Shown in pieces: positions 49,928-61,305 of a stretch of 64,000 nt of DNA (the stretch's first letter is position 1; the number at the start of each line of letters is the position of its first letter). The position numbers were made by a program, and so were the translations under genes. The notes below the pieces were generated by a model, which saw only the letters and a program-made list of their open reading frames with translations, had not been told where the DNA came from and searched no databases. The stretch is taken from positions 1-64,000 of the forward strand of contig MU626317.1 of NCBI GenBank assembly GCA_025603075.1. The letters are read 5' to 3'. This DNA is from Neoconidiobolus thromboides FSU 785. Lineage: Eukaryota > Fungi > Entomophthoromycota.

Positions 49928-51748
49928 ATGGCAATACGAGCACGTAACAAAAAAAAGAGTAATTTAGGAGACAGTGTCCATGACAGTACCAATGATTCTA
50001 TTGAAGTTAGTGAGCTTGATATAAGCAAAAAAGTGATTGTAGGTTGTCCAGGAGATGCTTTTTCCTTTATTGAATTATTATGTTTCACAATGATTTTACC
50101 TTTATTCACTACTTACATTGGTTCTTCGATTTATCTTTATTCACCAAAATTAATTGAACCATACCATGGCAATTTCTTTCCTTACTATTTTTATAACTTA
50201 AGTGTTGGTATAATAATATTATTAGGTATATTATTAGGTATAATTTATGAAGCTAAATTCTTATTTCATTTACCTGCTAATATTGGAAGAATTGGTTTAG
50301 CATTAGTTTTATCACCCATTTATACGGACTTAATAGCTAGACAATCTATGATTTTAGGGCCTTATTTAAGTGTTCAATTATCTTACTTATTACCAGTATA
50401 TATACCTTTATTATGTTGTTCATGGATTAATAGTAGTTTATTTTTAAAAAATTGTACTTTTTTTAAAAATGCAGATACTTTAAATCATTCTATTACTTTA
50501 TTTGTAATTCATATGGCTACTTTAATTATGGGATTAAGTTTATTAACTACATTTCCATTGATCTATTCATTTACTAATTTAACATGTTATGGTTTGTTAA
50601 TTAATGGTCTTATTTCAGCTTTGATTTTATATCTTCTCAATCTCACTTTACTTCAGAACTTAAGACCTACAACTTATGATAAAGTATTAGTACCAACAGT
50701 TATTATTTGTATTTTATTAGCTACAATATCAAGACATGCTCAATGTTCCAGTGGATTATCGGAAAAACATTTAGATATAAATAAACCAATGGTAAATGGA
50801 TTTATACCTTTAGCACGTACTGAGTCAATTACTGGATGGATTACAGTAGATGAAGAAAAAGCAAGAGAAATACGCGTATTACGTAGTGGTCATTCAATTA
50901 TTGGTGGTATTTATCCTAATTATCAAGAAAGTATATTTGGCACTTTTTATTATATGGAAACAATTAAATTTTTATTACCTTATAAATCTACAGAAGAAAG
51001 AGGTAATGTATTACAAATCGGATTAGGTATTGGTGTATCAGCAAAGGATTTAATTGAGGATGATTATAAAGTAGACATAATTGAAATTGATCCCATAGTT
51101 TATAATTACTCAAGAACTTATTTTGAATTACCAGAACCTAATAAAGTATATTTAGAAGATGGTAGAACAGTATTAGAAAATAAAATTAAAGGTTCCAGCT
51201 ATGATTTTATATTACATGATGTATTTACAGGTGGTACAGTACCCTCTACCTTATTTTCAATTGAAGCATTACAGTTATGTAAATACGCTATGAAACCAGA
51301 TGGTGTATTAGTACTCAATTTTGTTGGCGGTATTCTCGGTCCTTATAATATGGCTTTTGAAATGGTAGCTACTACATTAAGAGCTGTATTTCCTTATATG
51401 AGATTATTTACGGAAGATTTTAAAGATAATGAAGAAGAAGTAGTTTCTAATTTGATTAATTTAGTCTTCTTTGTTTCTGATAAACCAATTGAATTTGATT
51501 TACCACCTATTAGTCCAACCTATAGATCTATTAAAGAACATGCTATTACTCATATGGAAAAATATGAAGTTAAGTTGGAAAAATACTTACCTCAATTAAC
51601 TAAAGATTTGGAGTTAATTGATAAATATCATAGTATGGTAGTTACTGATAAAGATAACAAATTAAATCAAGTTCAACATCATTCAGCTTATGAACATTGG
51701 TATAAAATGAAAGAGTTATTTCCATTAGAATATTGGGTGAAATATTAA
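49928..51748 (+). CDS. Multi-pass membrane protein fused to a spermidine-synthase-like SAM-binding domain
   Basis: Hydrophobic N-terminal half; LRSGHSIIGG, VLQIGLGIG, IIEIDPIVY, EDGR, DFILHDVFTGG, GVLVLNFVG. Confidence 0.8.
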   Translation: MAIRARNKKKSNLGDSVHDSTNDSIEVSELDISKKVIVGCPGDAFSFIELLCFTMILPLFTTYIGSSIYLYSPKLIEPYHGNFFPYYFYNLSVGIIILLGILLGIIYEAKFLFHLPANIGRIGLALVLSPIYTDLIARQSMILGPYLSVQLSYLLPVYIPLLCCSWINSSLFLKNCTFFKNADTLNHSITLFVIHMATLIMGLSLLTTFPLIYSFTNLTCYGLLINGLISALILYLLNLTLLQNLRPTTYDKVLVPTVIICILLATISRHAQCSSGLSEKHLDINKPMVNGFIPLARTESITGWITVDEEKAREIRVLRSGHSIIGGIYPNYQESIFGTFYYMETIKFLLPYKSTEERGNVLQIGLGIGVSAKDLIEDDYKVDIIEIDPIVYNYSRTYFELPEPNKVYLEDGRTVLENKIKGSSYDFILHDVFTGGTVPSTLFSIEALQLCKYAMKPDGVLVLNFVGGILGPYNMAFEMVATTLRAVFPYMRLFTEDFKDNEEEVVSNLINLVFFVSDKPIEFDLPPISPTYRSIKEHAITHMEKYEVKLEKYLPQLTKDLELIDKYHSMVVTDKDNKLNQVQHHSAYEHWYKMKELFPLEYWVKY

Positions 51749-51929
51749 ATCAATTTCAAATATATGAAAATATTCAAATCATATAATAGCAGAAAGTTTT
51801 AAGAAAGTTTCAAAAATCAATTGCTCATTTTCTTGTTACTTTTTAATAAAAATAAACTTTATTTTTTAATTACTTTTTAGCTGATTCTTTTGATTTTATT
51901 TGACTTTTCTATTTTTTATAAGTTTAAAA

Positions 51930-53572
51930 ATGAACTATCAAGATAGTAGTACTTCCTCTGATGATGATAACAATTTCAAGATCAAACAATTAGAAAAAAG
52001 GGAATTGAAATTAATAAGTAGGATTAATGAAATAGAGGGTCGAATATTAAAAATTGAAACACAGAATGAAAAAAAGAGTGAAACTAAGGATATAGAATTA
52101 GATACTGAGGTGTCTTTGAATTATGGTAATTATTTTATATTAAAATTGAACTTAAATAAAAGAAAAAAGAAAAGAAGAAATAAAAGAAAATGTAGCAAAT
52201 AAACTATAACAATTAATTTTTATAGATGATATTGATTGGAAACAATATGAAGCACCTCAATGGTGTGTCCCAATTAAAGCTAATGTATTAGAATTCGAAT
52301 GGAAAGTAAGCAAACATTTCACTAGAAACTTTCAATTCATTTTATTAATTTGTTTTTATCAATTATTTTCATTTATTGAATTCTTAATTAGTTACTTTCT
52401 AATTACTGTAAATTTGATGTTATATTAATGGATCCACCTTGGCAATTAGCTACTCATGCACCTACTCGAGGGGTAAGAGTTTAACTAATTATTTTCATTA
52501 TAAAAAAGAAGACAAAAAAAATATAGTCGATTCTTTTAATTAACTAATTTACAAATATCTTAATTATTCTTCATTTAATTTGATTTCAAATTAAAAATAT
52601 CAAATTTACTTTTTTTAAAGGTAGCTATAGGATATCAACAATTACCAGATACATTAATAGAGTCTTTACCAATTAACGATTTACAAGATAATGGGTTTAT
52701 ATTTATTTGGGTTATTAATAATAAGTATGTTAAAGCATTTGAATTAATGAAACAATGGGGTTATGAGTAAGTTTTTAGTAATATAGAAATAATATATTAT
52801 AATAATATAAATAACAACATATTAATAATAAGCGACTAATAGTTTATTATTATGATTTTGTTTCAATCCAAATTATTCAATTCTTTCTATTATTTTGTTT
52901 GAATTTTAATATGAATTTTATTAGATATGTTGATGATATTACTTGGGTAAAACAAACAGTAAATCGTAGGATGGCCAAAGGTCATGGCTTTTATTTACAA
53001 CATGCAAAAGAAACTTGTTTAGTTGGAAAAAAGGTAAATAGAATAAAAATTATGAATATAGAATATGATTCTAATATCAAATTAATATATAACAACAATT
53101 TAATAACAAGTTATATAGAATCTATTCTATATGATAATGTGATGACGATATCGGATAATGATAATAATATTGATTCTATTTTAGGGAAAAGATCCACCAC
53201 AATGTAAACGGTTAATCGGTAGTGATGTGATTTATTCCGAAAGAAGGGGTCAAAGTCAAAAACCTATTCAACTATATGAAATGATTGAAGAATTAGTACC
53301 TAATGGTAAGTAATAATAACAAATAATAATAATACATTATTAATATAGGTTGATATATGGGGCTGTTTTTTTTGGTTTCATTATTTTTCCATTTTTTAAG
53401 CACTATTTGAGTGGAAAATTTGTTAGTAAAATTCTGAAATATATAAATACATCCCCATATATTGTTTTTATGATAATGTTAGATTAATTTGATTTTAGGT
53501 AAATATTTAGAAATCTTTGGAAGAAAAAATAATTTAAGAGATTATTGGGTTACTATTGGTAATGAACTTTAA
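51930..53572 (+). CDS. MTA1: MT-A70 family N6-adenine methyltransferase, MTA1/AMT1 (DNA 6mA) clade; multi-exon
   Basis: Spliced: WCVPIKANV..FEW|FDVILMDPPWQLATHAPTRG|VAIGYQQL...LQDNGFIFIWVINNKY...WGY|YVDDITWVK.TVNRRMAKGHGFYLQHAKETCLVGKK|...ERRGQSQKP..LYEMIEELVPN|GKYLEIFGRKNNLR..W.TIGNEL*. RGVAI.Y and AKGHGFYLQHAKE are hallmarks of ciliate MTA1 as I recall it. Confidence 0.88.
53355..53460 (-). mobile_element. MITE family A copy 19, inside the last MTA1 intron (53306-53498)
   Basis: atatggggctgttttttttgg...atataaatacatccccatat. Confidence 0.92.
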
Positions 53573-53678
53573 TAACAATAATAAAATAAAATATATACAT
53601 ATATATAACACAAATAAACAATAAACATTTTAAAATATATAAATAAAATTAACACTTATTCATTTATTTCATTTCAAT

Positions 53679-55811
53679 TTATAATTTAGCTTTAGTATTT
53701 TGAATACTAAATTCCCCTTTAAAATCTTTTTCATTATAAATTTCCCAATCTTGTGCAATTGGTGAAAGAATTAATCCATCAGGAATACCAAAACCTTCAA
53801 TATAAGTTAACGCTTGTTTAGATACAAGTTCCACTTGTTGATTTAAGAGACTAGATAATTGTCTAGCTTGATTTGGATGAATAAATTCATGACTCATTAA
53901 ATAAGTTAAATCCGATTCTAAAGTAGATAATATGTAGACTTTACATAACTCTTTTAAGGCAAGTCTGAATAAATTAAATTAGTATCTATAGCAACATAAC
54001 AAAATATTCCGATTTTACCTAGTTTCTTTAGATACACTTTGATCTTCAATAGTACGAATAAATTCTAATAAACTAAAGTATTCTCCATAAGCTTTAGATA
54101 AATTTTGAATTAAATCTGATTCTTCTTTCATCCAAATTTGGAAGATATCTTTACCCTCTTTTCTCTTTTGTACAGTGATTTCGCCAAGCTAATTTAAAAA
54201 AAATCAGTATTACTTCCATAACTCTTTTCTTATATTCAAAGAACTTACTTGTTTAGCTCTATTAGCAAATCTCAAATTCATAAAATCGACCAAATCTTCC
54301 AATTTATCTACTTTCCAATTTTGTGGATTGGATTTATTATTAAACGGAGTAAATTGGAATTTCTTTTGTTTAATATCTTCAATCAATTCTTTAGCTGTCT
54401 TTTGCATTAAAACTGCATTATCACCTTCCGCAGTGATACCAGCATGAGAAAATCCAATAATGGATGCAAATGTAGAATGTTGTAAATAACCTTGACCACC
54501 ACATCTTTCTCTACAAATAGAACCACAGCGTTCTGCATTCCAAGTCACTAAAGGTTTAATAGCACAACATAAGCGTATGATCTCGGAATAAGGACGTCCT
54601 TCTGGCTTAACCCATACTTTTTTAGCATGATTTAAACCAAATTGTAATGCATATGTACGGGCTAATAATGGAATTAAAGCTTTTTGTTGAAGTTGAAATT
54701 CAAGGATTGGGGTATCTGATTTTCCTGAACGACCAGCAGCCAAACGGGTAGCAGCATAACGTAATGCAATAGTTAAAGCCAATTTAGCACCCGAAGAATT
54801 CATAGAAGCAATACATAGACGACCAGTTAAAAGTTGATCAGCTACTTTAATAAATCGATTTCTACGACCTGCAATTTCCGAAGTATAAATACCATCAGCA
54901 GAAACATCGGAATATTTATTTAATAAATTAATTCTTGGTATACGAACATGATCAAATTTTAATAAAGCATTATCTACTCCATCTAAATCTAATTTATTAC
55001 CCATTTCACGAATAGTTACTCCAGGACAAACTTCATTATTGGGACCATCTCTAATTTTGACAATAAAGCAATGAATCCCTTCTTGTTTTCCTTTAACTTC
55101 AAGTTGAGCAAATACAATGGCATATTTAGCATGTTTAGCCCCATTAGTAATCCAAAATTTTTGACTTTTAGTGGAGGGACTATGAATTATAAATTCTTGT
55201 GTTTTTTCATCGTAAACTGAGGTAGTTTCCATTTCAATAGCATTATTACCATACCCTAATTCAGTTAATGCAAAACATCCAGTCGCATCCATATTGTTCA
55301 CTTCTTTTAATATATCAGCATGACGTTCAGTACCTAATTTTACTAAGGTGCCACCAAACTAAAAAAAGTTTAAATATTATAAAAGATAAAATAAAGTATA
55401 TAAAGCTTACAAGATTATAATGAACGGTAAGTTTAGTAGTTGAAGAACCGTTAACTAAACCAGCGGTTTCATGAACTAAAATCAAAGATTGATTAATCAA
55501 ATTAATCATTTATCACAATTAGTTAACTTACTAGCTAATACATTCAATGGATTTTCGATAAAATCAGTCACTTTAATAAATTTATTTTTACCAATTGCTT
55601 TTAATTGTTCAAAAGCTTGTTCCTGTTTTTCATGTTGTAAGCAATTGAATTTAGGAGCAAACAAATGAATATTTTCTTGCATAAAAGCTTTTAATCGTAG
55701 TCGATTTTCACGGTTATCAAAATCTAAAATTTCATTGATTTCTTGGGCATTGAAGCCAGCAGCATCAAATCGTGGTCGATTGTTGATAAAAGCAGATGAG
55801 GACGGATACAT
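53679..55811 (-). CDS. Peroxisomal acyl-CoA oxidase / ACAD-family protein; multi-exon
   Basis: TVHYNL|[40 protein letters not shown]-like [24 protein letters not shown]; ends with PTS1 tripeptide AKL*. Confidence 0.85.
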
Positions 55812-56755
55812 TTTTTGTAAATTTAAAATTTTAGATGTTTGGCTTTTAAAACCCCTTTTATACTTTTAAATAGCTCTTTTTTTCACACCAACTTTTAAAA
55901 CGTGACTGGAATTTATAGGTGGTTTTATTTGCCATAATATTTAGTTGACGTATTTTAAAGGGTCAATTAATTTGATATTTTGAATTTTGAATTAGAATGT
56001 ATGAATGTTTATTACTATATATTGTAATAAAATTGATAATAACAAATAATATTATATTATTTATTATCAATAATTGATAGTATATTTTAACTTCAATTAC
56101 CTCATTGGTTTAAATTTTGTTTTTTTTGTATAAATAAAACTTCTTTTTAACCCCAATTTTTTGCCCAAAATTTAGTTCAATTATACTTTTGGAATTAAAA
56201 TTCACATGGATTTTCATTCTTTTTTAAAAGAATCGAAATTCAAATAAACTTTAATTCTTGAATACGTCAAGTAAAGACAATGACTTCTGACAGTAATACT
56301 TATACCGTTTTAATAGTTATGGTGCTATCTAAAGCCCGTTAGATCTTGAAAATTCATTCAAAAGATTAATTAATGGCTTAAGTTCTTATTATGAATTTTC
56401 AAATATTTTTTAGTTGAGCTTTTTTGACAGATTAATTATTTTTTTGAAATTCAAACTTAACCGCTTATTTTTAAAGAATTCATTTCATGTTAATTGCAGT
56501 CACACACTAAATCAATTGAATTTAATACCGAATAAATCAATAATATTTAACATGCTAGAACTGGTTTTTACTAGTAAAATAATTTACATCAAATAATATT
56601 AAATTCAACAATCTTTTTTACATAAATAAGTTATTCCACTATATTGCTTAATACTTGAATTGATTTCTTTGTTCTTTTAATATAGTAAATCTCATTCAAT
56701 TTTTATTGTCTAAGTACTACAATGAATAGCCAGATTTCTCTATTACTTAATTACA

Positions 56756-56861
56756 ATATGAGGATGTTTTTTTGGCTTCATTACTTTTTCCATCTTTTAA
56801 GCACTACTTGAGTGGAAAATTTGTTAGTGGAATTCTTGAATACAAAAATACATCCTCATAT
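56756..56861 (-). mobile_element. MITE family A copy 20
   Basis: atatgaggatgtttttttggcttcattactttttccatcttttaagcac...tacaaaaatacatcctcatat. Confidence 0.92.
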
Positions 56862-57448
56862 AGATTCTTAAAAAATTGTTTTACAGCATTGTTTTTTTGT
56901 AAACACCATCTTTAACATTGAAAAGAGAATTATTGGCTACTTTTGAGTCAATAGAAATAAGTGTGGAAGACATTTCAATTCTATATTGTAAACAGTAGTT
57001 GCTGAAACTTATTTAAAAACATAGCTATGCAATTATTTTAGTGATGTTATTTAAACTATTAAAAAAAAGTAATTTTTCATAAAGTATTATTTAAAGTTGA
57101 TTTTATTCTATCAATGAGTTTGACTCAATTTATTCCTATAAAAGTAGTTTAAACTATGGTTGAAAGTCCTCTTCATTTTTCTTTAGACAACTCTTGTTAG
57201 TTTTTTCTTTATTCATTTTAATAGAAAATAGACATCCTCAACATTGAATTGTTAAAAGTAATAATGAAATCTTAATTAAATTGAACCTATTTTTAATCTA
57301 ACTGAAAAATAAATGAAATCTTTATTTTAAAATTTGAAAACACTAAATGAAATAAAATAGAATAATATTGTAAAATTTACGATATTCAAAAAATTAAATT
57401 CTTTTTTAATAAATTCTCAATTGTATTAAGTATTAGATTTATTTTACT

Positions 57449-57551
57449 ATATGGGGATGTTTTTTTTGGTTTCATTGCTTTTTCCTCTTAAGCGCTATTT
57501 GAGCAGAAAGATTATAGCAAAATTCTTAAACAAAAAAATACATCCCCATAT
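57449..57551 (-). mobile_element. MITE family A copy 21
   Basis: atatggggatgttttttttgg...caaaaaaatacatccccatat. Confidence 0.92.
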
Positions 57552-57993
57552 ATTAAAAATAATTATGAAATGAATTTTTGTATTCAAACATAAAAAGCTA
57601 TTTGAGTTTGACTAGTGTTTATTTTGTTTAAAAATAATGATATTAAAACAATGATATAATAAACTACTATTGATTGTGATATAATTCAGATCTTAAAATT
57701 AATTACGAAAAAGTAAGTAAAGTAATTGAGACTAAAAAACTTTATGATTTATCTAATAAAAAAACTTCCCTCTAAAAACAGTAACGATAAATTAAAATAT
57801 CAAAATTTTACGTTGCAGTTTAAAATGGCGCTTTTACTAAAAAAAAATTCAAAAAAGTAGTCAATTTCGATCTACGTCTAACTGTTAAATTTCCGAAATT
57901 TTAAAAAAACTCAAAGTAAACCAATTCATAGACCTATCCTTTATCTTTCTTGTAAATAATCTTTATCTTTTATTTATTCATACTTTAATTAAT

Positions 57994-59270
57994 ATGTTAA
58001 AATACTATTTCTTAATTCCGATATTCATATTAGCCACTTCCGCTCATATGGAAATGCGCTTACCCCCACCTAGAAGATCAAAATACAACAGTGATTATCA
58101 AGCATTGGGAGATATCGATAATGATATGCCTGCACCTTTGGGTGATGATGTAAGTTTAATTGTTATTTATATCTACAAACTTAATAACCTTTCATTTAGT
58201 TCCCATTCCCATGTCGAGCCACAAAGCCCGGCCCAGTATATAAAAAATACAAAGCAGGTGAAATGATGGACATCACTTTAGGAGGTAATGCCCCTCACAA
58301 TGGCGGGCATTGTCAATTTGCTCTAAGTTATGATGGAGGAGAAAAATGGATAGTTATACATACTATAGTAAGGAATTGTATGCCCTCAAAAACAGGGCCA
58401 ATAGAATTTAAATATCAAGTCCAGTTACCACCTGAAGCACCACCTAGTGATAGCGTAGTATTTTCTTGGAATTGGATCAATGCTAGTGGTGAAAGAGAAT
58501 TTTATCAAAATTGTATTGATATAGCGATTGAAGGGGATCCCACTAGTAAAGGAGTAAAAGGCAAAGAATTATTAGTGGTTAATTTACCTGGTTTTCCTAC
58601 CATTGAAGAATTTGGTCGTCCTGGTTCTTATGATGGTCATAAATTATTGGATTCTAGAAAAAATATTACAATGGCTAAAGATGGTAGTATTACTCCTACT
58701 ACAGAAGATAGTAAGCCCCCTCCACCCCCGCCAGCTGCTGCTTCCACTACTCAAGCCCCACCACCTCCTCCTACAACTGCTGCTTCTTCAAAACCTCCTG
58801 CTGTATCCGTTTCAATTATTACAGTTACTACTACTATTGTTGTTACTGTTAATGCTAAAACCACACCAACAGCAGGTTATGGAATAGATATGTCTAATCA
58901 GCAAGACGAAAGTCTAAGTAAGCCGGTGCAGGAAATTATTAGAAATGAAGTGAGTGGAGAATCAATCCCAAGTTTTAGTCAAAAACAAGAGGAAGCTAAT
59001 AATATGGGGATTACGAACCATAACAATAATGTGAATGATGGTATGAATATGAACAATAGTATGAATGAAAATAATAGCAATAACATGAATAGTAATAGTG
59101 ATAGCAATAATAATGGGATATTAATAATGAGCCCAGAAATTGAAGTGAAAAAACAAGTAGAAAAAGAACTAAGCAAAAATGAAGGAAGTGGATTAGTTCG
59201 ATTAAATAATAGTGTACTAAAAGGTAGTATCAAGAATTCGACTTGGTATAATAATTTTACACAAATTTAA
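57994..59270 (+). CDS. Secreted AA11-type lytic polysaccharide monooxygenase-like protein with Pro/Thr linker and Asn-rich tail (intron ~58150-58199)
   Basis: Signal peptide ending ...TSA, then N-terminal His (HMEM..PPPRRS); FPC; GGNAPHNGGHCQFALSYDGG; VFSWNWINASGEREFYQNC.DI. Confidence 0.8.
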
Positions 59271-59392
59271 ATAACTTTCATTAATAGCAACTTTTATTCA
59301 TCAAATTAAATCTTAACTTTTTTTTATAAAAATTAATTTTTTAAATTTAAATTTTTAACTTTTTTAAATTTTATTACTTTTTAATATAAGCA

Positions 59393-60252
59393 ATGTTTCT
59401 CCTCTCCCGTCTAAAAGATACCATACAAATAGAACCTGTCAATCTAAATATTGATTTTAGTTTAGCTTTGATCAATGAAATTAATAAAAAATATTGCAAC
59501 CGAGTAAATTTAATTTATAGTCACATAATCTCAACCAATTAAACTTCAAATTCAAGGTCATCCACAACGTCGGCCTTTGTATCACACTTTTTGATGTTAT
59601 AGAACAACAGGATGCTTATTTATATCATAGTGATGGCTGTTCTTATGTTAAAGGTAAGTAAATAGATTCTACTTTTTAATATAATAATTAACTAAACAAA
59701 AGAAAATTAAAAGTTGAGTTTCGAATGATAGTATTCCGTCCTTTTATTGGGGAAGTAATCACTGGTAAAGTGAAGTCTATGTCAGATAAGGGTATAAAAA
59801 GTAACGAATTTATCATTTTTATTTTATATTTAGTTTAATTCAATTTTAATAGTAAGCCTTGGTTTCTTTGATGATATAGAAATTTTACCAAACTTATTAC
59901 ATGAAGGAACAAAATTGTAAGATTTTTAAATAGACTAAGTTTTAAATCGGTTAGTCTAACTTTACCATTTTATAGCCATACAGATACCCAAGTATATATA
60001 TGGTGTAATGAACATGGAAATTATGAGTGGGAGAAAGGTGAAGAGGTGAAGGTTAAAGTGGAAAAAGAAATATTTTTTGATGCTAAAAGTACGCCCAATC
60101 AACAGGAAAGTTTAGATGAATTTGTTAAATCTTCACCGTATCAATTAGTGGTAAGTTATTTATTTTCTCAAAGATGTTCTGGGTTTAAATTGAATCCTTT
60201 TTTTTAGTGCTCCGCTTTTGAAAGTGGCTATGGGCTCACTAGTTGGTGGTAA
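59393..60252 (+). CDS. RPC25: RNA polymerase III subunit Rpc25/RPC8; many exons
   Basis: MFLLSRLKDTIQIEP...EINKKYCNR|VIHNVGLCI.LFD...|VEFRMIVFRPFIGEVITGK...|SLGFFDDI...|...GYGLTSWW*. Confidence 0.9.
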
Positions 60253-60963
60253 ATTGATATTCAATATAGAATGTTATTATTATTATAGAAGCTTATTTTT
60301 TTGACGCTGTAAAGACTTTTAATGAGCATTTTTTGGCTTTTCCAAGATTGAATTTTATTCAAATAAAAATGTATTATTCTGCTATAAAGTCACTATTTTC
60401 AAACTACGTTTATTGAATAAAGGTAAATATGCAAATCCTTTTTCCTTTTATGTTTTAATCCTTTTTAAGTATAAATTTGAAAAATTAGGTGAAATTTTGA
60501 GCAAAAAAATACTAGTTTAAATCTTATATAAATCTTTAGATTTATTTTAATGAAATTGTAATTTTTTTGAACTGTTTATATCAAATTATTCAGACCCTAA
60601 TCTAATATAATTAATCAGCTTTTATAATTTTACAATTTTGTAATAATTTCCAACTTGTTCACAAATAAACATTTTTCATTAGATAAATATGAAGTTATAA
60701 ATTTTTTACAATTTTTACTAAAGCTGAAATTATTTTTCTTTAAGCTAACTTTTTGGTATTTTAAGCTCAAAATCAAGGAATTTTCTAATTGTAGCAACAG
60801 ATGTTAATAAATTGATACTCCCAGAAGTTAAAATAAACATAGTTAAGAAATAAATTTGACGCTTACCTGATAATAAAGAAAGATTGAAAAGACTTAGTTA
60901 AATAAAACATGCCTTGTGATAAAGTTAATTTTATTTCAAATAAGCTTAATTTTGTACATTAAC

Positions 60964-61065
60964 ATATGGGGGATGTATTTTGGTGTTTAAGAATTTTACT
61001 AACAAATTTTCTGTTCAAATAGCGCCTAAAAGAAAAATAATGAAGCCAAAAAAACACCCTCATTT
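60964..61065 (+). mobile_element. MITE family A copy 22
   Basis: atatgggggatgtattttggtgtttaagaattttactaacaaattttctgttcaaatagcgcc...gccaaaaaaacaccctcat. Confidence 0.88.
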
Positions 61066-61305
61066 AATGAAGATGTACAAGTACTCATTCTCATTATTTG
61101 GTAGTAAGATTTTGAAAAAGTCATAACAAATCATTGTAATTAGTTAATTGTTTTATATTATATTGTTTTATAATTTTAATGAATCCAAAAAGTTTATATT
61201 TATTAGAATTTAATATTATATTCCTAGTATTAATTAAAAAAAATTAAAAATTGCTGTTTAATATGAAAAATATTTAAAAAAGCTCTAGTTTATTAATTTA
61301 GCAAC

